From Balanoglossus misakiensis (lineage: Eukaryota > Animalia > Hemichordata), in contig CM082595.2 of assembly GCA_040954595.2 (NCBI GenBank), forward strand, positions 4,552,137 to 4,616,136: 64,000 nt of DNA. Reading direction: 5' to 3'. The first letter of the stretch is position 1, and each line of letters starts with the position of its first letter. The notes under the pieces were generated by a model. The model did not search any database and had not been told where the DNA came from. It saw nothing but the letters and a program-made list of their open reading frames with translations. A program made the translations under genes and the position numbers. This document shows positions 22,392 through 34,196 of this stretch, one piece after another.

Positions 22392-25300
22392 TCAATCATC
22401 ATCTTCTTTTCAAAACAACAACAAAAAACAAACACAATCAAGAATACATGTACATCGATTCCATGAGAACTTGAGAAGTTGACATAGTATATGATTTTAC
22501 TGTTACTTGACATGCGCTTTCGAGGCTCGTCTTCCTTCCCGTATCAGGGATGCCAGTCACGTACCCAACCTTTACATTTCTGACAAACCGCGTTGACCAA
22601 CTGGCATACTTATGCAAAGTGTCCGCACCGAAGAGATTTAGACCAAGCAGTCGCACCTTTTTGGGTCATGTTTCTCGGTCGACATGGTCTGGGGCGTTTT
22701 ATTACTAAACTGGCGGGTTGGGATTGATAACATTCGACTTTGACTATGTTAGTTGAACGGATTCAGTTCGCTTTTATGGTAAACGTCATAATCCGACAGT
22801 TTAAAAAAAAATTGACAATTACATTTTAGCTGATTGTGAAAATGTAATTGATTTAATTTGTATCGATATGAATGCACCCGTATGTCAGTTACCGGCGATT
22901 TTTTAAAACCGAATTGATATTGTTTAGTAACATCCAGCCATTTTGATTTTTAACATATCGAGAGCATTAACTCTCACCGGAGAAGTTTTTGCGGAGATAT
23001 ACATGTTGAACTACAACCGACGGCATCGCGAACACGGGGACCCCGATACGAACACACTGTCGACATGCGGTTTCCCGTGATCCAGTTCGTGGCCTGACTA
23101 CTGATTTCTACGTCCACTTTCAGCAAAATAATCCCATTGAAAGCAAATATATAAAGAGCTTTTGACGGCTTCAATGGATCTGTGTATAGACAATTATCTT
23201 GGACTCAATAGGGGAAGGCTGGATACAAGTCCGCAGATTCCATTGTGTTATTACAGGATTGGTGGATTGGCAATTGATTGATTGTTATTTTCCGGTTTTG
23301 TTATCAATTAGTCGTTGTTTCATAATTACACTTTCCGACATGAGAAAAACAACAATATTCTGATTTTCATTCCCAAAAATACCCGGATGGGCCCCCGGGG
23401 GTAGTGCAGTGACACGCTAGCCCTCCCACGGAATCATTTATAGCCCCAGTTTCTGGGATTTTTAAGATGCTTAAAATGCCTTCAACGGTCCGTTGATTTG
23501 GACAGTTGCGGTTTGACACCGACACAGATGATTATGTTTTTGCATTGTGGGATTGAAATGTGCGGTGCGTGTCATGTGACTTCTTGAGCATGGATCATCA
23601 GTGAAAATCTACAATCAGTTGTGGCTCCATTTCAAGGGACACGGCCGAATGTTGATAGTTTACTGGATATTCGTTCAGGCAGAGACAACTGTTGAAAAAT
23701 CTGCGACCAGTGAGTGTATGCCAAAGTTGCACGCTTGGTCGACGCTACCCGAAACCACAAGCTCAGTCCCAAATTCGAAACTCCCCAAAAAGTATCGCAA
23801 TTATTTATTAAGACAAAAAACCACCGAAAACACAAAAAGTATTGAGATTTAAAAATCACCAAGCAACTAGTGGGCTAGTCTACAATCTTACCAAAACACA
23901 CAGTAAGAAGCCCAAGAAGAACGAAATGAGCGTAGACATTACCACATAAAGCAAGCTGCTCGTGTTGTTGACTCGTTTGACTAGAAAAGCACCCAGCCAC
24001 GTGACCAGGCGCCGTTAGTTTTTTTCTTCTTCATACCAGTGAACTTTCCCGCGGTGTTTCAGTTTAATGAAACCACCGGAAACCGAGTGGTATTCGCTTT
24101 GTCTCTCAACAATGCCCACAAACGTCGGAAATAATCGGCCCCATTGAGAGACTGTGTACTTCAGTCGCCGTCAATCACAAAGGACGGATGCCCGTTCATC
24201 CGTTATTTATAGACGGATATTCAAGGTAGACACGTACAATGTCATGGGCCCGTCCACATTCCGATACACTCGCGCTGAATGACGTCATAGGGATTTCTGT
24301 AACTGTCACTAGTTTGAATTTCATGATTGCTTTCATATATGCGTAACGGTTGCTACCGAAAGAAAATCCCAGACTGCCATCATGCCGTGAAAGGATTGAT
24401 AGTTAATTCCATAATTCTGGGGTTTCTCAGACAGGGATGTAAACGGGGTTGCAGAGAGGATGAAAATGCTGAAGGAAAATATATAGTGGGGTGGGGTGGT
24501 GGAGAGGGAGGGGGGGGCAGAAATATCCAGAGATAAAATGTTACTCCTGAGACAGAGATTGGGAAACGGAGCCTGGTATAGGTGGGAGATAGAATATTGT
24601 CTATAGTGGGACGAGATGTGGGAATATGGTTTGGAAGCCTAAATTGCCTAACTTCAAAATCCTGAAGCGTGAACGTGTGTGGTTGCAAGACTTCATTGAA
24701 TAAAATCTAACCACGTGGTCAGACGTCACACAGTAGCAGGCTGCACATTACCGTGTTCAGTTTGCCTCCTTCAATGAGTATTCTCGAACCACAAACAGAT
24801 CAGTCATTAAAGCTAACCAACACACCTCTGTGGTTGACAGTCTACATAAAGCGTAATGAAATCGACATCAATTGTATGCCACCTTAAGGGTCTCTCTCTA
24901 TTTTTTTTCCTTTCGGAAGGCGTTGTCCATTTCGCATAGTGCTTCGTGTATGTTTGTTAAACCGGAAACCGCTCATTACTTGTCTGTTTTCTGTCACAAA
25001 GGAGAGGGTCAACCTCTTTGAAGAATCTCGGCGACGCTATATGGAGATTCACTGTATAGTCCTGAGTAACGTGGGATGGGGATGTTTTACATCAGTCTGG
25101 ACACGGAGCGATGCTGATGATAGGGCGTAATTTCAATATGGCAGAAATTTCCGTTCAATGAATATACTGCTAATATTCTGCAAAGTAGCTTCACTTTGAA
25201 TATGGAAGAGTACAGTCATGCTTCGTCAAATTAATAATTTATACTAGGAAGGTTCGGTTACTGTTGTCTTTTGCCTCTAGTCACGTCTATATTCGTGTCT

Positions 25301-27888
25301 TCGTGCCATCTTTGCTCCAATAATCATGAGATATAACGTGGAAGAGTGGGGTATTCCAGAATGATGTACAGTTAGGTCAGATTGCAAATGGATTTTGAAT
25401 TTAGCCGTTAACGCTAGCTATAATCTTGTCAGTCAGAAGCAAGCGTGTTGCGTAAGTGCGCCAACAAGCACGCGGCCGGCGGCCCACACACCATGTCAAC
25501 GTGCTTACGGCAAACTCTTATGAAACAGCCACATTTTTTCCCAGTTGCATTTTTCAAAATTCCCGCCGCCTTTTCAACAGATCCCCCTGTTACGTCTGAT
25601 TAGTGTACCACGTGACGCGGCACACGGGCCCGTCTTAAAATTCCTGAGCAAGCCACCTGCCTTTGAGAATGGATTAAATTCTTGTCTTCCGTTTGGGGGG
25701 ACAATTAAAATTTCCGCGAAAGTCCGTGGGAAAGTTGGGAGCAGTCCGTGGCCGCGTATTCATCGGATGCAAAAATCGGAAGTGAAAGTGGTTCCGCCCG
25801 AGCGCCTCTCAAAGGACCCGCTGAAGCGTGCGCTTGAGGCGTCTTATGTTGTGTGGCTTATTACACTAGTACTATTACGACAACGTGAATGACATTTTCA
25901 CTGTACCCGAGTATATATTAGACGGTGGCACGCGCCTTCGCCTAGTAACAACGAGTGGCACACGGCAAAGTCACGGGGCAGTTTATCAACATTCTGACGC
26001 TGTCAGATAGCGTGTTGGTGGTGGCATTCGCGAGGTCTCAAACGCCGGCCAATAAAACAGACCAGCGAAGCGTTGGAATCGCGTGTTCCAGATAGGTGTG
26101 TGTTCCTCATCCATGAAATACCGAATTATAATCAAGAAACCGTTATAAAAGTACAACGGATACCATAGAAAAAGAAATTCGCATCTCCTCCCCCCCCCCC
26201 CCCCCCCCCCCATTTTGAGAAAAGAATGTCTGACCAGAACTACTAGTATCTTTTTGGCCTATTCACACTAATTTGCATACACGGTGGGGTGGTGGGTGCA
26301 TTTTTTTTATCAGACGTGGTTTTGACACATCTTAAACCAATCAAAATCAAGAGAGATGAACAATGCCCTAGACTCTGTGACGTATTCAACAGGTGGTTGT
26401 CACTGTCGCGTGCTTGTGCAGGGGATTACAAAATGGACGATTTTTCCCGCTCATTGCGAGATCTCGCGAGACTCGGTTAATTCGATAGTGTCGGTCCATG
26501 TCTGCTTCTCATCATGGCAACATCTTACATCTAACCCAAATGAAGCACGGAATATGATACTGGTACGCGCACTTCGTAATGAACGCGATGGGTTGAAAAC
26601 GGTTCCGGTAAACAAATATTTAACACGACCAAATGCTAATATTATTTCAGGAAGTCCAGGGAAAGACAAGCTTGTATGTGACACCGTTGCTCAACTCTCC
26701 TTGACAATGGTTAACATTACAGTACACAGATCAAGTTTCTATGTAGTCGCTTTGGAGTGTGTACAATAAAAAAAAACGAACACCGACGTCCAACACGTGC
26801 ACGTGTCGCTGTTTATTAATCGACCGGCTGGTCAATATTAAGATATTCAAAACTGGCAACGGACCAGAGGCAGAATGATATGTCTTAGGTGACCCAAAAA
26901 TGAACAGACATCTTTACACTGTGTTGTAAGGGAGTCTCCAGTATTTACAAGGAGGGGGTCACTTTTTTTCAAACCTATCTTTGGGGATGGGTCACTTTTT
27001 ACAGCTGAAAATTCCTGAATACAAAATCACTGATCACTGATCTCCCCAGGAATTTCTGATAGCATAACTGCTTATATCCATAACAATGTAAACAATTGTT
27101 ATGTTAATTAAGTTCTATTGTCTTCTAAATTTAAGAAGTAGTGGCCACTATGCTTTAATGGCTCTGGGAAGAACACTACTGATGAAATACACCATTTTTC
27201 TACCAGTATGTATGTATGTACATTGTACATGTACAATATCCACCAAAACCACCACCCACGCCGCCGCCATCATCATCATCATCATCATCATGGAACAAAA
27301 GTAACAGCTTCTGGCATGTTAAATACTTTCACCCCAAGTTGCCTGAGTAGAGGTCCAACTTTGCAATATAAAACAATAGATACATTAGATTAAAGACAAA
27401 TCATGGTGGTGAAATAGTATTAAACACCACAAGGGGGAGGGGTCACATTTTACCTGTGTGTATTACTGCAAATATGTTCCATGAATAAAAATCAAACAAT
27501 TTACCAAAATGTTTCTGGGAAGTGGTAGTGTCACTACAATATCTCAAAGGAACCATTTATGAGCTTTGATCTCTTAAATTGTTCCCCAAGCATAAGCAGA
27601 TTTAAACCTCGAAATGTCTGAAATAGCAAGTTTATTAGTTCATATATGGCCCAATAATGCCCAAAAAAGCACTTATGTAAATGCTGGCAGCCTTATTCTA
27701 TTTATTTGGGTACATTAATAACCGACAATAAAATACCCTAGTTGTTCTATCAATGACAATATAAAGTCATGCTTTCCCCAAGTTCATGAATGCCAATAAC
27801 ATGCTTTGCTCTTCCCTATATATTTTATAACTGACAAAAAAATGTCAAGTCCTCCCCTAGTACTATGACTAACAAATATATGTCAAAC

Positions 27889-30800
27889 CCTCCCCTCCCC
27901 TAGATCTGTATAATGACTGACAATAAAATGTCAAGCCCTCCCCTAGTTCTGTACTGACAATAAAATGTCAAGCCCCCCTAGTTCTGTACTTTGACATTAA
28001 ATTGTCAAACCCTCCCCTCCCCTAGATCTGTATAATGACTGACAATAAAATGTCAAGCCCCCCTAGTTCTGTACTTTGACATTAAATTGTCAAACCCTCC
28101 CTTCCCCTAGATCTGTATAATGACTGACAATAAAATGTCAAGCCCCCCAAGTTCTGTACTTTGACATTAAATTGTCAAACCCTCCCCTCCCCTAGATCTG
28201 TATAATGACTGACAATAAAATGTCAAGCCCCCCTAGTTCTGTACTTTGACATTAAATTGTCAAACCCTCCCTTCCCCTAGATCTGTATGACTGACAATAA
28301 AATGTCAAGCCCCCCTAGTTCTGTACTTTGACATTAAATTGTCAAACCCTCCCTTCCCCTAGATCTGTATGACTGACAATAAAATGTCAAGCCCCCCTAG
28401 ATCTGTACTTTGACATTAAATTGTCAAACCCTCCCCTCCCCTAGATCTGTATAATGACTGACAATAAAATGTCAAGCCCCCCTAGTTCTGTACTTTGACA
28501 TTAAATTGTCAAACCCTCCCTTCCCCTAGATCTGTATGACTGACAATAAAATGTCAAGCCCCCCTAGTTCTGTACTTTGACATTAAATTGTCAAACCCTC
28601 CCCTCCCCTAGATCTGTATAATGACTGACAATAAAATGTCAAGCCCCCCATAGTTCTGTACTTTGACATTAAATTGTCAAACCCTCCCTTCCCCTAGATC
28701 TGTATAATGACTGACAATAAAATGTCAAGCCCCCCTAGTTCTGTACTTTGACATTAAATTGTCAAACCCTCCCCTCCCCTAGATCTGTATAATGACTGAC
28801 AATAAAATGTCAAGCCCCCCTAGTTCTGTACTTTGACATTAAATTGTCAAACCCTCCCCTCCCCTAGATCTGTATAATGACTGACAATAAAATGTCAAGC
28901 CCCCCTAGTTCTGTACTTTGACATTAAATTGTCAAACCCTCCCCTCCCCTAGATCTGTATAATGACTGACAATAAAATGTCAAGCCCCCCTAGTTCTGTA
29001 CTTTGACATTAAATTGTCAAACCCTCCCCTCCCCTAGATCTGTATAATGACTGACAATAAAATGTCAAGCCCCCCTAGTTCTGTACTTTGACATTAAATT
29101 GTCAAACCCTCCCCTCCCCTAGATCTGTATAATGACTGACAATAAAATGTCAAGCCCCCCATAGTTCTGTACTTTGACATTAAATTGTCAAACCCTCCCT
29201 TCCCCTAGATCTGTATAATGACTGACAATAAAATGTCAAGCCCCCCTAGTTCTGTACTTTGACATTAAATTGTCAAACCCTCCCCTCCCCTAGATCTGTA
29301 TAATGACTGACAATAAAATGTCAAGCCCCCCTAGTTCTGTACTTTGACATTAAATTGTCAAACCCTCCCCTCCCCTAGATCTGTATAATGACTGACAATA
29401 AAATGTCAAGCCCCCCTAGTTCTGTACTTTGACATTAAATTGTCAAACCCTCCCCTCCCCTAGATCTGTATAATGACTGACAATAAAATGTCAAGCCCCC
29501 CTAGTTCTGTACTTTGACATTAAATTGTCAAACCCTCCCCTCCCCTAGATCTGTATAATGACTGACAATAAAATGTCAAGCCCCCCTAGTTCTGTACTTT
29601 GACATTAAATTGTCAAACCCTCCCCTCCCCTAGATCTGTATAATGACTGACAATAAAATGTCAAGCCCCCCTAGTTCTGTACTTTGACATTAAATTGTCA
29701 AACCCTCCCCTCCCCTAGATCTGTATAATGACTGACAATAAAATGTCAAGCCCCCCTAGTTCTGTACTTTGACATTAAATTGTCAAACCCTCCCCTCCCC
29801 TAGATCTGTATAATGACTGACAATAAAATGTCAAGCCCCCCTAGTTCTGTACTTTGACATTAAATTGTCAAACCCTCCCCTCCCCTAGATCTGTATAATG
29901 ACTGACAATAAAATGTCAAGCCCCCCTAGTTCTGTACTTTGACATTAAATTGTCAAACCCTCCCCTCCCCTAGATCTGTATAATGACTGACAATAAAATG
30001 TCAAGCCCCCCTAGTTCTGTACTTTGACATTAAATTGTCAAACCCTCCCCTCCCCTAGATCTGTATAATGACTGACAATAAAATGTCAAGCCCTCTAGTT
30101 CTGTACTTTGACATTAAATTGTCAAACCCTCTCCTCCCCTAGATCTGTATAATGACTGACAATAAAATGTCAACCCCCCTAGTTCTGTACTGACAATAAA
30201 ATGTCAAACCCTCTCCTCCCCTAGATCTGTATAATGACTGACAATAAAATGTCAAGCCCCCTAGTTCTGTACTTTGACATTAAATTGTCAAATCCTCTCC
30301 TCCCCTAGATCTGTATAATGACTGACAATAAAATGTCAAGCCCCCCTAGTTCTGTACTGACAATAAAATGTCAAAACCTCTCCTCCCCTAGATCTGTATA
30401 ATGACTGACAATAAAATGTCAAGCCCCCTAGTTCTGTACTTTGACATTAAATTGTCAAACCCTCTCCTCCCCTAGATCTGTATAATGACTGACAATAAAA
30501 TGTCAACCCCCCTAGTTCTGTACTGACAATAAAATGTCAAACCCTCCCCTCCCCTAGATCTGTATAATGACTGACAATAAAATGTCAAGCCCCCTAGTTC
30601 TGTACTTTGACATTAAATTGTCAAACCCTCTCCTCCCCTAGATCTGTATAATGACTGACAATAAAATGTCAACCCCCCTAGTTCTGTACTGACAATAAAA
30701 TGTCAAACCCTCCCCTCCCCTAGATCTGTATAATGACTGACAATAAAATGTCAAGCCCCCTAGTTCTGTACTTTGACATTAAATTGTCAAACCCTCCCTT

Positions 30801-31855
30801 CCCCTAGATCTGTATAATGACTGACAATAAAATGTCACCCCCCCTAGTTCTGTACTGACAATAAAATGTCAAACCCTCTCCTCCCCTAGATCTGTATAAT
30901 GACTGACAATAAAATGTCAAGCCCCCTAGTTCTGTACTTTGACATTAAATTGTCAAACCCTCTCCTCCCCTAGATCTGTATAATGACTGACAATAAAATG
31001 TCAACCCCCCAAGTTCTGTACTGACAATAAAATGTCAAACCCTCCCCTCCCCTAGATCTGTATAATGACTGACAATAAAATGTCAAGCCCCCCCTAGTTC
31101 TGTACTTTTTTTGACATTAAATTGTCAAACCCTCCCCTCCCCTAGATCTGTATAATGACTGACAATAAAATGTCAAGCCCCCCCCCCCAGTTCTGTACTT
31201 TGACATTAAATTGTCAAACCCTCCCCTAGACCTGTATAATGACTGACAATAAAATGTCAAGCCCCCTTAATTCTGTACTTTGACATTAAATTGTCAAACC
31301 CTCCCTTCCCCTAGATCTGTATGACTGACAATAAAATGTCAAGCCCCCCTAGTTCTGTACTTTGACATTAAATTGTCAAACCCTCCCCTCCCCTAGATCT
31401 GTATAGTGACTGACAATAAAATGTCAAGCCTCCTAGTTCTGTACTTTGACATTATATTGTCAAATCCTCCCCTCCCCTAGATCTGTATAATGACTGACAA
31501 TAAAATGTCAAGCCCCCTAGTTCTGTACTTTGACATTAAATTGTCAAACCCTCCCCTAGATCTGTATAATGACTGACAATAAAATGTCAAGCCCCCCTAG
31601 TTCTGTACTTTGACATTAAATTGTCAAACCCTCCCTTCCCCTGGATCTGTATAATGACTGGCAATAAAATGTCAAGCCCCCCTTGTTCTATACTTTGACA
31701 TTAAATTGTCAAACCCTCCCCTCCCCTAGATCTGTATGACTGACAATAAAATGTCAAGCCCCCCTAGTTCTGTACTTTGACATTAAATTGTCAAACCCTC
31801 CCCTCCCCTAGATCTGTATGACTGACAATAAAATGTCAAACCCTCCCCTCCCCTA
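27889..31855. repeat. Satellite/minisatellite array, 85-bp unit (dimer of ~42-bp subunits), ~46 copies; degenerate monomers extend ~27720-32430
   Basis: Consensus tagatctgtataatgactgacaataaaatgtcaagcccccctagttctgtactttgacattaaattgtcaaaccctcccctcccc; unit starts at 29461, 29546, 29631. Confidence 0.97.
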
Positions 31856-32204
31856 AACAAAATGTTTATGCCCCCAAGTTCTGTACTATACATGTATTAA
31901 ATAAAAAGTAAAGCTCATCCCTTGCCATGTACTTGGTAATATACTAGTATTATTAGTAAAAATGTCTGCCAACTCCTTGTTTAATACTATTACGTCGTAC
32001 TACGTGATGATAAAATGTCCAAGTTCTTTAGGTTACTGTGGACATTAACAAAATGTCATGCCCACCCCAACCTCTGTAACATGACTAATAAAATATTGTG
32101 CCCAACTAGTATTGTAATCTTTTGCCCTGACCCAGTTCTGTCCCACGATTACAAACAATTCATGCACAACATCAATAAAATGCCATGCCTTGTACTATTT
32201 GACA

Positions 32205-32411
32205 TAGCTCTGGACTTATGCGCTGTTTGGGTCTACGCTGCTCTCCTTCCCACGTGGGGACGGAGAGCAGCGTAGACCCAAACAGCGCATTTTCTACTGG
32301 GGCATGTGTACTCTGGGCACCGTACAGCGCTGTTTGGGTCTACGCTGCTCTCCGTCCCCACGTGGGGAAGGAGAGCAGCGTAGACCCAAAGAGCGCATAA
32401 GTCCAGAGCTA
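32205..32411. mobile_element. 207-bp foldback / Mutator-like MITE with 84-85 bp TIRs and 9-bp TSD TATTTGACA
   Basis: TSD at 32196-32204 and 32412-32420; TIRs 32205-32288 and 32327-32411 differ by one substitution and one indel; each TIR contains a ~70-bp palindrome centred on CACGTG. Confidence 0.85.
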
Positions 32412-34007
32412 TATTTGACAATAACATGACATGTCTAAAATGGAACTGATGCGGCATTAACACTAGGACGTGTACTGATCTGCGTGAACAGATCCCGTGA
32501 GGAGTACGGTGCCCAGAGTACACATGTCCCAGTAGAAAACGCCGAGTTTTGCTACATCTGAGATTTCCCCCCACGCCCGCCAAGGTCTTGCTCTCCGAAA
32601 AATAGGAGAATGTTACGAACACGTCTGCCATGACTATCACACCAAAACTGCCCTTCACAATAAATTAAAAACACAGAAAAGTCTGCGAAGTCTTTACACG
32701 TGGTGTCTTCCCCACGAGGAGCCATGTTTTATCTGAATTTGCATAGCAAGTAGACACGCCTTCCAGCCTCGTTCGCGGATTACTACCTGGCGGTGTAGTA
32801 CTTCCAACGGAAGAAGCAGAGGAGTCTGGGTAACCGAGACTAGCCCAGGTGGTACAAGCTCCGCCCCAATCATGGAAAATTGACAGTTTCTCTTGCTGTA
32901 GGATTTCTCGGGCTGAGAAACAGGGGAAAATTGGATTTTCACAGTGTTGAGTAGGGCATTGATCTAGTATATCCGCGTCAATATATATAGAACTGCATTG
33001 AAAATTGACAATTTAACTGCTTCTTGCATGTTCAACACTTTCATCCCAAGTTGCTTGAGTAGAGGTTCAACTTTGCCATATAAAACAATAGATACATTAG
33101 ATTAAAGACAAATCATGGTGGTGAAATAGCTAATATTAAAGATCCCTTGCTATATATTGATTGCACACACAATACATCAGTGTACTGTATATCATGGCGC
33201 AAAATGTCCTAAAGTGGTGGGATTGGGGGGGGGGTCAGGTTTTACAATGTCGGACAAGGGGAAGGGTCACATTTTAGAGTCCAGGTGTACGCTGAATTAC
33301 CCCGGCCCACCCCCTGTAAATACTGAACGCTCCCTAAGTATATCTGGTAAGAAACCCTGTCAGTTATGCAACATCGGGATAGGAATATTTTAGCTCGTTC
33401 GGGGAATCGGAGATTCAAATGAGGAAAACCGAGATCTCATTTTCACCGCATCCATTCTCTTATACAAATTCCGTTTGTGTTTGCCGACGTCATTGTTGCC
33501 GTTTTTTTGCTAATCCGAGGCAAGGATCCGCCGAAGTCGAAGAGCGCAGGCGCACTGGAAAGGGGCGTGATTTTTCGTTGCCGCGGCTTTCAAATGTGTT
33601 AATTGGTGTAACAGAACATCACACCCACTTGACGTTCCATGACACTTTCTCACGGATGGGTTTCGCAATAACTCAGCTTAGAGTCATAAAACTCAACAAG
33701 AAGAATGCCACTCCAAAACGAGACGAAAGCGCAATTATTGCCAACCCAGGCCAGTCTTTCAGATTAGCTTTGAGTAAAAACGAAAACTCATTTCGTAGTC
33801 TGCTTTTCGAATTATTGAGTCGTGCCAAAATTAACGAGCAGTCCTTTGAAGATAATTCAATTACAACCTTCATTGACTCGATACCATTTATCACCAGGTT
33901 GCAAGACTGTCAATTATGCCAAATGAACTTTCAATCTAATCAAGGTGATTATTATGTGGACTCAATGAGATGACAAAACTCATAAAAGTTGGGGATTTTT
34001 GGCGAAG

Positions 34008-34196
<189 letters not shown>

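Larger units (their letters stand above)
26930..33334. mobile_element. Putative non-autonomous PIF/Harbinger-type element (~6.4 kb) carrying a satellite array and a nested foldback element
   Basis: TAA|GGGAGTCTCCAGTATTTACA ... TGTAAATACTGAACGCTCCC|TAA: 20-bp TIRs 17/20 identical, 3-bp TAA duplication; internal 116-bp direct repeats 27302-27417 and 33014-33129; no transposase ORF. Confidence 0.6.

Noticed and set aside
27889-31855. CRISPR-like array (regular palindromic repeats)
   Set aside because: The intervening sequences are themselves repeated with no unique spacers, there are no cas genes, and the context is eukaryotic; it is a satellite.
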